Shown piece after piece: positions 10,001 through 17,813 of a stretch of 64,000 nucleotides of DNA. The stretch covers positions 1,440,001-1,504,000 of the forward strand of contig OZ253462.1 in NCBI GenBank assembly GCA_965261395.1. The letters are read 5' to 3'. This DNA is from Candidatus Latescibacterota bacterium. Its GTDB lineage: Bacteria; Latescibacterota; UBA2968; UBA8231. Positions within the stretch are counted from its first letter, which is position 1. Each line of letters opens with the position of its first letter. The translations under genes were made by a program, and so were the position numbers. The notes under the pieces were generated by a model that was given only the letters and a program-made list of their open reading frames with translations, did no database searches and was not told the origin of the DNA.

Positions 10001-11467
10001 TTGAAAAAGACTGTCTTTACCGTAAGTATCCTGCCTGAATCTCTAAACCGAGGCGATTTCAAGACAAAAATTTTACTGCTTTTAGTAGCATTCATGGGAT
10101 TTTCTTGTACAGATTATGAAAATCCGCTAGCGCTCATTAGCCCGCCCGCCGGAAAGGCTCAGGTGGGTTCGGACTCTGGCGAATGCCTTGCCATATCTTG
10201 GCCTTGCGATACGGAAGTAGATTCCGTGTGGACTGTATTCTACGGATCAGACTATCGGTTCCAAGCCCACGGCGACAGCGTCCTGTTTTCGCATTATCTA
10301 GATAGCAATAGTAAGACGCAATACTGGGCATCAGAAACCTCGACCCATCTTGGGAGAGTCCGGTCGGGTTTCCGCCCGGGTGACGGAGCGTGTGGCATCT
10401 GGAGCGAGGCTATCGACCATGATTCCTCGGTGGTGCGTATTTATCGGGGGGATGTAAACTACTTGTATAGAGATACGCCGAATGCCAGATATACTCTGTT
10501 AGAAGGCGATATGCAGTATCCCATCGCCTCTGTGGCAGCAGAAGGGTCGGTGCGCCACCGCAATTTTCTTAGTGTGCACAATCGCAATGAGCCGCGACCG
10601 GCCGATCTTGTAGAAATAAGCAGCACGTATTATGCAAGTGCCTACTACCTGCCGGTTAATTTTAGTGCTGCGGCGCTCGATACGCTTACCGCCCTGCCCG
10701 AGGACGACCGGCCTTATTTGGATGATTCCATTTTGGATGATTCCATTTGTTCAGGTGATGTTCGAGATTCTACACCTCAACCTCAATCCGGGTCGGTGGG
10801 TATTTCCCAACAACCTGAGCAGTCCCAACAACCTGAGCAGTCCCAACAACCTGAGCAGTCCCAACAACCTGAGCAGTCCCAACAACCTGAGCAGTCCCAA
10901 CAACCTGAGGAGCCCCAACAACCTGAGCAGTCCCAACAACCTGAGCAGTCCCAACAACCTGAGCAGTCCCAACAACCTGAGGAGCCCCAACAACCTGAGG
11001 AGCCCCAACAACCTGAGGAGCCCCAACAACCTGAGGAGCCCCAACAACCTGAGGAGCCCCAACAACCTGAGGAGCCCCAACAAACTGATCGTCCTGCACT
11101 GATGGCCTTCTATGCAGCTACGGGCGGAGGTAGTAATTGGACGGGCCACAATTGGGGAAGCGATGAACCTATCGGCACATGGGAGGGCGTAACCACCAAT
11201 GCCGGGGGACGCGTTATTGGTCTGGACCTGCACGGCAACAATTTAACCGGCTCGATACCCTCTGCGTTAGGCCAACTGACCAACCTGGAAAGCTTGGGTC
11301 TGTTCGACAACGAGTTAACCGGCTCGATACCCTCTGCGTTAGGCCAACTGACCAACCTTTACCTCCTGCTTCTGTCCGGCAATCAGTTAAGTGGGTGTAT
11401 CCCGCCCAGTCTGGACACGATATTGAACAATGACCTCGATCAACTGGGATTGTCTGTCTGCCAATGA
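10001..11467 (+). CDS. Lipoprotein with Q/P/E spacer and C-terminal plant-like leucine-rich repeats
   Basis: Lipobox-like GFSC; DRPALMAFYAATGG...W cap; LHGNNLTGSIPSALGQLTNL repeats. Confidence 0.85.
   Translation: MKKTVFTVSILPESLNRGDFKTKILLLLVAFMGFSCTDYENPLALISPPAGKAQVGSDSGECLAISWPCDTEVDSVWTVFYGSDYRFQAHGDSVLFSHYLDSNSKTQYWASETSTHLGRVRSGFRPGDGACGIWSEAIDHDSSVVRIYRGDVNYLYRDTPNARYTLLEGDMQYPIASVAAEGSVRHRNFLSVHNRNEPRPADLVEISSTYYASAYYLPVNFSAAALDTLTALPEDDRPYLDDSILDDSICSGDVRDSTPQPQSGSVGISQQPEQSQQPEQSQQPEQSQQPEQSQQPEQSQQPEEPQQPEQSQQPEQSQQPEQSQQPEEPQQPEEPQQPEEPQQPEEPQQPEEPQQPEEPQQTDRPALMAFYAATGGGSNWTGHNWGSDEPIGTWEGVTTNAGGRVIGLDLHGNNLTGSIPSALGQLTNLESLGLFDNELTGSIPSALGQLTNLYLLLLSGNQLSGCIPPSLDTILNNDLDQLGLSVCQ
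10805..11083 (+). repeat. 18-bp coding tandem repeat, ~15.5 units (SQQPEQ/PQQPEE)
   Basis: (T/C)CCCAACAACCTGAG(C/G)AG repeated with no spacers. Confidence 0.95.
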
Positions 11468-11550
11468 ATAATATGACTCACGCCAAGCTGCGGGGGCCTG
11501 CTTACCAGCGGCTCCCGCGCAGTTCAACATCTCGCTGATGGCTAGGCTGT
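11249..11550 (+). repeat. Source copy of the 302-bp inverted repeat
   Basis: Reverse complement of 5961-6262. Confidence 0.9.
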
Positions 11551-12092
11551 ATGGTGGGCATACCTAAGTTTAGCCAAAAAGGAGTCCCTCACCTTATCCC
11601 GAACTCACGTTAAAATAGAAAATTAGTTAAAGTTAAATGGCTACCCCAGGAGATCGACCATGCCCCGCAAAAACAATCGTCGCCCCAGCCTAGACAAACG
11701 GCAACAGCGAGGCGCTCGCCGCCAGGGCCTTCAACCCGCCGAGGCCCCCGCCCCCGCGTCAGCGGAGAGAAGCGCATTCCTTTGGCGAGGGTTCCCCGTG
11801 CTGGCTACTGGAAGGGCACGACCAGGGCAACGGATCGGCACGGCGTGAACACTATTAGCCCCCCGCGTCCTGGGCCTTGACCGCGGCAAATCGCCAGTTT
11901 CGACCGGCCCCCTTGGGACGCAGGCGTTTGGATGGGGCGGGTGGAGGCGAGGAGGCCATAGCGACCAAATATAGTCCGGTGGAGGCGTGAGAAAAGGCTC
12001 CCGCCGCCGCGCCTTGACTATATGCCTAAAGCCCCTTTACGTACTGATTATAACTGAACGCAGAACTCATTAACTACTACGAGGAGAAGACC

Positions 12093-12638
12093 ATGATCCG
12101 AATATTGTCGTTTGTTCTAATTGCGATAGGGCTGCTCGGTGGAGCAGAAAAAGCCGCCGCTGCCGCAAGCGATGTAGTAGATCGGGAGACGCTGAAAAAT
12201 TTCGTGCTGGAAGCGAAGAGCCTGCTGGAGTCCGCACAAGATGAGGCGGCACGGACGGCCATTTTGGAGACCTTCAGGACTAGCGAAGAATGGAGACACG
12301 GGTCGATTTATATTTTCATCACCGGTTTTGAGGGCACGAGCTTCTTTCACGCAACTAGCCCCTCGCGCGAAGGCACCAATAATGTCGACCAAGAGGACAG
12401 CAATGGCGTTAAGATCACTCAGCAGCATATTGCGGCAGCACAAGCCGGGGGCGGTTTTGTGGAGTACCTCTGGGACAATCCAGCAATCGAAGGAGCAGAC
12501 GAATCCCCCAAGGCAAGCTACGTGGCCCCCATCGAGATAGAGGGTGCATCTTATTACATTGGCTCTGGGTTGTATCTTACTGCTGAGCAGACGAATGTAG
12601 CACCCATTTCGTGGGGTAGCCTGAAAGGACAGGTATAA
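12093..12638 (+). CDS. Secreted stand-alone single Cache domain protein with SWGxLK tail
   Basis: Signal peptide; WRHGSIYIFI, DSNGVKI, GGGFVEYLWDNP, KASYV and IGSGLY; ends ISWGSLKGQV. Confidence 0.8.
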   Translation: MIRILSFVLIAIGLLGGAEKAAAAASDVVDRETLKNFVLEAKSLLESAQDEAARTAILETFRTSEEWRHGSIYIFITGFEGTSFFHATSPSREGTNNVDQEDSNGVKITQQHIAAAQAGGGFVEYLWDNPAIEGADESPKASYVAPIEIEGASYYIGSGLYLTAEQTNVAPISWGSLKGQV

Positions 12639-12641
12639 ATC

Positions 12642-12686
12642 GTGAGCATCGTCGTCCTCGACTTCGGCGGGCAGTACGCCCACTTG
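12642..12686 (+). pseudogene. guaA: 5' fragment of GMP synthase
   Basis: Translates (V/M)SIVVLDFGGQYAHL, the GuaA N-terminal signature; only 15 codons are present. Confidence 0.7.
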
Positions 12687-12689
12687 GCC

Positions 12690-12937
12690 GCCGCCTCGAT
12701 CTCGAACAATACCCGCAAAAACTACGAGGCCGCCTTGCGGGGCTGGGACGAATGGTTGGCCGGCCGGCCACGGAGCGGCTCCTAGCGGACTTTCTCACCA
12801 AGCGCCACGCCGCCGGCGTCTCGCCGGCCACGGTCGCCCAGGTAGTCCAGGCGATTCGCTTCCGCGAGAAGCTCCACCCCGCCGGGGAGTCGATTGTCGG
12901 GCCCTTGGCGAGCCGCACCCTAGCGGGGATCCGCCGA
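12690..12937 (+). pseudogene. Frameshifted N-terminal (core-binding) fragment of a Cre-like tyrosine recombinase
   Basis: SISNNTRKNYEAALRGWDEWLAGRP, then a shifted frame ATERLLADFL...GVSPATVAQVVQAIRF...VGPLASRTLAGIRR; no catalytic domain. Confidence 0.6.
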
Positions 12938-13083
12938 ACTTTGACGACTACGTTGCGAAAATCCGGTCATTGCCTGCTGATCCAACGAATCACGACGTTG
13001 TTACCCCGGATTTTCTGCTTAAAAAAGAAGGTCAAATCGAAGTATACTACGCGCCGCCCTCCGATTCAGCAGCTCCCTGCCTT

Positions 13084-13971
13084 TTATGGTGCGATAGCAA
13101 AGCTGAAGCCTCCCACGGTATGCCACTGATCCCGAGCAGCAGGGTTATCGCTCACGCGATACGTCATTGAAGCCGTAAACGTCTTTCCCTTTAGCTTCAC
13201 CCTTGCTCGATTGGACGAATTGTTTCCAATCCCTGGCGCACAGTTGAAATACGCCTTGGCTAAGTCGTCCTTATTCTCAATAAATTTTAACCACTCGGCC
13301 CAACCACGAGGTTCGTCGGGAGTACCTTCAACGCCGTAGCCTACAGGAGACGGATTGCCTCCGCAGAGCGCAAAGTATGCCCATCCTTTAGACGTAAACC
13401 AGAGCGGCTCATTGCCATCTACGTAGGGATCATTCTCAAGAATCCGCGCCCTCTGCCCTCTAACTGCTCTGTTGTTCATAGCGTGGCTGGCAAGCGTTCC
13501 TCCACCAGACTCTTCCCAATTCAACGTGAAGTTGTTGGAATGAGGCGACACGCGAACCCTCGCTACAACCGCAATGGGAAGACTGTTGACGTTTCCTGCC
13601 AGACCGCAATTTCCAAGGTCTTTGGTTTCCCCGTTGAATATCTTCCCTTGTGGACCTCCCTTGCACACCTTCCAAACCCGAGGCTGGCCGACCAAAATAT
13701 GTCTGCTGTGGAGCAAAAACCAACGGACATCGTTGTCATCAATCGACGATGAACTAATCTTGCCAGCGGGTTCCACTGCGTTCTCTGGCGCAGTGGGAAC
13801 ATCGGCGCAGGACACCAACGCTGCCAACGCAAAAACAAATAACAGGATGAAGCTCGCGCGTATAAGGATCAGGCCCGAGCCACGACAGAAGCTCGGCGAT
13901 GTAGCGTCTGGCGGGATATTCCTGCGGTTGCCTTGCGGCGGTGGTGGGGACTGCTTAGGCGACTTTTTCAT
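13084..13971 (-). CDS. Hypothetical lipoprotein
   Basis: Pro-rich extension, hydrophobic stretch, LVSC lipobox and PAGK motif like 10001..11467; AGGAGG RBS. Confidence 0.7.
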   Translation of the reverse strand: MKKSPKQSPPPPQGNRRNIPPDATSPSFCRGSGLILIRASFILLFVFALAALVSCADVPTAPENAVEPAGKISSSSIDDNDVRWFLLHSRHILVGQPRVWKVCKGGPQGKIFNGETKDLGNCGLAGNVNSLPIAVVARVRVSPHSNNFTLNWEESGGGTLASHAMNNRAVRGQRARILENDPYVDGNEPLWFTSKGWAYFALCGGNPSPVGYGVEGTPDEPRGWAEWLKFIENKDDLAKAYFNCAPGIGNNSSNRARVKLKGKTFTASMTYRVSDNPAARDQWHTVGGFSFAIAP

Positions 13972-14235
13972 GGCTAAACCTCCTGGGGGAGAGAAGAGGT
14001 GCCGATAAGTAACCTACTCATTACGATAAAATGCAACCTCTCAGTTACATAAATTTAAGTAACTAAGTGCCGCGTCTGACGCGCCAAAAGGCTAACCCGA
14101 GAGGGACTTGGATGTCAAGGATTTTTTCTTTTGCCTTATCACCAATGGCAGAGATATAAAGGTTGCTACAAGCGGACACTAAAGCAGCCCTTATATCCCC
14201 AAAAGTCAAGACGGGCAAACTACATTTCTACAAAA

Positions 14236-14272
14236 GGACCATATATAGTTTTTGGGAACCATATATGGTTCC
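14236..14272. promoter_or_regulatory. Paired palindromic operator, site 2
   Basis: GGACCATATATAGTT plus a perfect 18-bp palindrome GGAACCATATATGGTTCC (14255-14272), 20-bp period. Confidence 0.65.
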
Positions 14273-14439
14273 TCAAGCTGATTTTAAAAACTTCCGTAGG
14301 GCGTTGAATATCTGCGTGGGTTAGGAGTATATTTCCCTACGTATCGAAGCGGATTCACGCACTCCCGAAGGGCGTGCCAAGAGTACGAAGCCTATACCTA
14401 TCCGGTTCTCTTTCATTTATACCTTAAGGTTATTTCTTT

Positions 14440-17400
14440 ATGATCAAGCCACTTAGCCGCATGGGCACCTGGAGGACTTATTCCATAGACCATGGTCTTC
14501 CATCGCTGCGCATTGAACATGTCTCTGAGGATCACGAGGGTTATATCTGGTTTGCCACGTGGGACAACGGTGCCAGCCGCTTTGACGGAGATGAGTTCCA
14601 AAATTTCACGACACAGGACGGTCTTGTTCACGACCGGGTTTTCTTTGTTCAAAAGGATCGTCAGGAGCGGTTGTGGTTTGGGACACTAAAGGGGGTCTGC
14701 TGGTACGACGGAGCAGACTTCCACCACTTGGAAGACGACGGCATTGCGGGCCGTTCCGTGCAGTTCATCTACGAGGATTGTCAGGGCCGTATATGGTTCG
14801 GCGGCACCGGTACCTTGGGATATTACGACGGCACTGTTTTCCACGACTTAATTCCACGCTATCTCCAGCAGTACCAGCAGTCTCCTTCTCCTAAGTGGAA
14901 CAACTATTGTTGGGGCATCACCGAGGACCCGCAAGGCCACCTGTGGTTTGGCTTTGACCTCCTTACCCGCTTCGATGGCGAATCCTTCCACCGCTACAAC
15001 AAGGATGAGGGTTTTCCCCAAACCAAGGCCGGTTATGCCGTAGGCCAGGCCCCTACCGGCGAGGTGTGGATCAGTCGGATTGTGGGAGATAGATTCCGGG
15101 TCTATGTCGATGGCACCTTCCAGTCTGTTAAGGTCGGTTTGAATTGTCAGCTACGCCAAATTACGTGTGACCGAGAAGGTCGGATGTGGTTATGCGCTAT
15201 AGGTGGGGCATTCTACCAAGACGATGACGGATTCAGCCGATTTACCTCTGATGATGGCTTGCCCCATCCCGCCGTCAAAGCCGTGTTCCAGGATCGCGAG
15301 CATCAACTTTGGTTCGCCACGTGGGGCGGCGTCGGGCTGTACGATGCGCATAGTATCAACGTTTTCGGTCCTCCTCGTGCAAACGTAAATATAAACATGC
15401 GTGAAGTCTCGCAGATTGTGCAAGACCGGCAAGGTGATATATGGATCGGGTATGCGTCTCCCCTTATCATCCCTAAGGTCAAAAGCGTCGCCCGCTTCGA
15501 TGGCGAGCACTTTACATTTGTAGATGACGAAGAAGGCTCTGACATCGGCCACTGTTTTTCCATCTACGAGGACCTTGAGGGATACCTATGGTTCGGCGGC
15601 GGAAATGGTTTGTTCCGCTACGAAGGGCAGACGCTCAAAAAGAGGAAGATAGCGGCCGATTCAGACGAAGGGGGTGTCAGCAGCATTACTCAAGATAGGG
15701 AAGGAAGATTCATTTTCGGCTATTGGGAAAACTACACCCCAAGAGATAGAAACAAGCTTTTCACCGGCCCATTAAAAATCGTTTACCAGCAGGGTGAGCA
15801 GTTCCAAACCATTTTTACGGAGGACGACAAGAAAACACTTCGTAGCCGTATAGATACGGTGATTGCCACGAACAACAACGCAATCTATTTCCATTTGGCC
15901 AGTAGTGATGGCCCAGCGAGCGGCACTGGCTTCGCCCGCTGGCATCCTGAAGAGGGCCTTACATTGTATGGGGTTGAAGATGGGCTGACAGACAACGATG
16001 TCAACGACCTACTATTAGACCGCCATGACAACCTATGGATCGCCACGCGGGGCGGTCTCAGTTGCTTTGACGGCAGCACCTTCCGCACCTTCACGACCGA
16101 AGACGGGCTGCCGGGCAACCACATCCACTGTTTGTTTGAGGATGCGCGAGGACACCTCTGGATCGGTACCGACCGAGGTGTGGCTCAGTACGATGGTCTG
16201 CTTTTCCAGACCATCAAGTCACCCCATATAGGACCGGTTTGCCGCATACTTGAAGATCGCGACGGCACCTTCTGGTTGGGCACGGTCGTGGGTTCCATTA
16301 TACGCTACCGACCAAGGCAAACGCCGCCCCTGATTCGTCTGATTCGAGTTGTCACCGATCAGGTCTATGAGAACCTAGCGGAAGTCTGCTCCTCCACGGT
16401 GGGACAGCAAGTAGTTTTCGAGTACAAGGGCCTGAGTTTTTCCACCCATCCCCGCGACATGCTCTATGTGTACCGCTTGCAGGGATACGACCTCGACTGG
16501 TGTCCAGCGACCCGAGCGCTGCGGGCCTGTTATCAAGACCTGCCGCCGGGAGACTATACCTTTCAAGTTCGAGCGATAGATCGAGACCTCAATTACTCAG
16601 AAACGGCGCAGGCGCAACTTGCGGTAGAGCCTGACTTGGATATCGAAATCCTGTCTGCCGCGCTCAATGGGGGCAACGAATGGGTCGGACCGAGCAGGGC
16701 CTTGCGCCAGTTTCAAACCAAACTCACGGAGGTGGCATCCACCGATCTGGCCGTGCTGATCGGCCAGAGTGAGACCGTGCGCCAGTTTCAAACCAAACTC
16801 ATGGAGGTGGCCCCCACCGATCTGACCGTACTGATTCTAGGCGAAACGGGTGTGGGCAAGGGGTTGGCGGCGCGGGCGCTACACGCATTGAGTGCTCATT
16901 GCGATGGGCCTTTTATATATGTCAACTGTGGTGCCTTGTCCCAAGCGCAGGTCGATAGTGAACTCTTTGGTCACGCCAGCGCCGTTTCCCACAAGGTAGG
17001 CAAGGTGGAACAGGCTAAAGACGGTACCCTGTTTTTGGATGAAATCGGCGATATGACGTTGGAAACGCAGGACAAGATCCTGCGATTATTGGAAGAGCGC
17101 ACTTTTGAGCGCGTTGGCGGCAACCAGACGCGGACCGCGCCGACGCGCATGGTAGCGGCGACTAGTCGCGATCTGAAGAAGATGGTTCGTGCCGGTGATT
17201 TTCGCGAGGATCTGTATTTGCGCCTCCAGGTTTTTCCGCTTTATATCCCGCCCCTGCGCGAGCACAGGGAAGATATACCAGCCCTAGTCGAATTTTTCAA
17301 GAATCGTATGGCAGCATACCTGGGCCGGCAACCTGCCTCCTTGAATTCCGAGGTTATGGAAATGCTGCAAGCCTATCATTGGCCGGAGAATGTGCGGGAA

Positions 17401-17703
17401 CTGGAGCACTTCATACAGCGGGTAGTCATAGCGTGTAAGGGGTCGCAAATCGAAGCGGCTGACTTGGTGCAGTACGGTTTTGATATTGTAGACTCCGTTC
17501 CCGACCTTAAAGGAAGGGTGTTATCCGTTGCTCAAGACTCCGAAATAATGCCTCTCCTTGAATTTGAACGCCGCTATATTCTCGCAGTACTCAAAGCTAC
17601 CAACTGGCAGATAAAAGGGGGAAAAGGGGCGGCGGGTCTGCTGGGAGTGCCGGTTTCTACGCTGTATGGCAAAATGAAAAAGTTGGGTATCAAAAGTTCC
17701 TAG
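14440..17703 (+). CDS. Beta-propeller/Y_Y_Y sensor fused to NtrC-type AAA+ and Fis-type HTH; GAFTGA loop absent
   Basis: Repeated DxxGxLWxxT and TxxDGL blades; YQDLPPGDYTFQVRA; GETGVGK, LFLDEIG and FREDLYLRL; C-terminal AAGLLGV...LYGKMKKLGI. Confidence 0.9.
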   Translation: MIKPLSRMGTWRTYSIDHGLPSLRIEHVSEDHEGYIWFATWDNGASRFDGDEFQNFTTQDGLVHDRVFFVQKDRQERLWFGTLKGVCWYDGADFHHLEDDGIAGRSVQFIYEDCQGRIWFGGTGTLGYYDGTVFHDLIPRYLQQYQQSPSPKWNNYCWGITEDPQGHLWFGFDLLTRFDGESFHRYNKDEGFPQTKAGYAVGQAPTGEVWISRIVGDRFRVYVDGTFQSVKVGLNCQLRQITCDREGRMWLCAIGGAFYQDDDGFSRFTSDDGLPHPAVKAVFQDREHQLWFATWGGVGLYDAHSINVFGPPRANVNINMREVSQIVQDRQGDIWIGYASPLIIPKVKSVARFDGEHFTFVDDEEGSDIGHCFSIYEDLEGYLWFGGGNGLFRYEGQTLKKRKIAADSDEGGVSSITQDREGRFIFGYWENYTPRDRNKLFTGPLKIVYQQGEQFQTIFTEDDKKTLRSRIDTVIATNNNAIYFHLASSDGPASGTGFARWHPEEGLTLYGVEDGLTDNDVNDLLLDRHDNLWIATRGGLSCFDGSTFRTFTTEDGLPGNHIHCLFEDARGHLWIGTDRGVAQYDGLLFQTIKSPHIGPVCRILEDRDGTFWLGTVVGSIIRYRPRQTPPLIRLIRVVTDQVYENLAEVCSSTVGQQVVFEYKGLSFSTHPRDMLYVYRLQGYDLDWCPATRALRACYQDLPPGDYTFQVRAIDRDLNYSETAQAQLAVEPDLDIEILSAALNGGNEWVGPSRALRQFQTKLTEVASTDLAVLIGQSETVRQFQTKLMEVAPTDLTVLILGETGVGKGLAARALHALSAHCDGPFIYVNCGALSQAQVDSELFGHASAVSHKVGKVEQAKDGTLFLDEIGDMTLETQDKILRLLEERTFERVGGNQTRTAPTRMVAATSRDLKKMVRAGDFREDLYLRLQVFPLYIPPLREHREDIPALVEFFKNRMAAYLGRQPASLNSEVMEMLQAYHWPENVRELEHFIQRVVIACKGSQIEAADLVQYGFDIVDSVPDLKGRVLSVAQDSEIMPLLEFERRYILAVLKATNWQIKGGKGAAGLLGVPVSTLYGKMKKLGIKSS

Positions 17704-17736
17704 GCAGTATTTTGACGCTCTGCGCGTCGATACCAC

Positions 17737-17783
17737 TGTCATAGCTCAGACACATCCTGCTGTGAGGTCATATGTGAACGGTA
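17737..17783. repeat. 47-bp direct repeat, copy 2
   Basis: Matches 2652-2698; lies just downstream of ettA. Confidence 0.85.
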
Positions 17784-17813
17784 ATAACAGGGCAAGGTGT
17801 GTTGCCGCACAGC

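Noticed and set aside
10805-11083. CRISPR array
   Set aside because: Contiguous 18-bp coding repeats with no unique spacers; no cas genes in the window.
11660-11848. Small Arg-rich ORF with an AGGAG RBS
   Set aside because: No recognisable family; probably debris and not supportable as a gene.
12690-12937. Functional integron integrase serving the cassette array
   Set aside because: Only a frameshifted N-terminal fragment with no catalytic domain or IntI-specific insert, and ~36 kb from the array.
14072-14088. sigma54 promoter for gene 13084..13971
   Set aside because: GG-N10-GC spacing fits, but the -12 element reads ACGC instead of TTGC; too weak to call.
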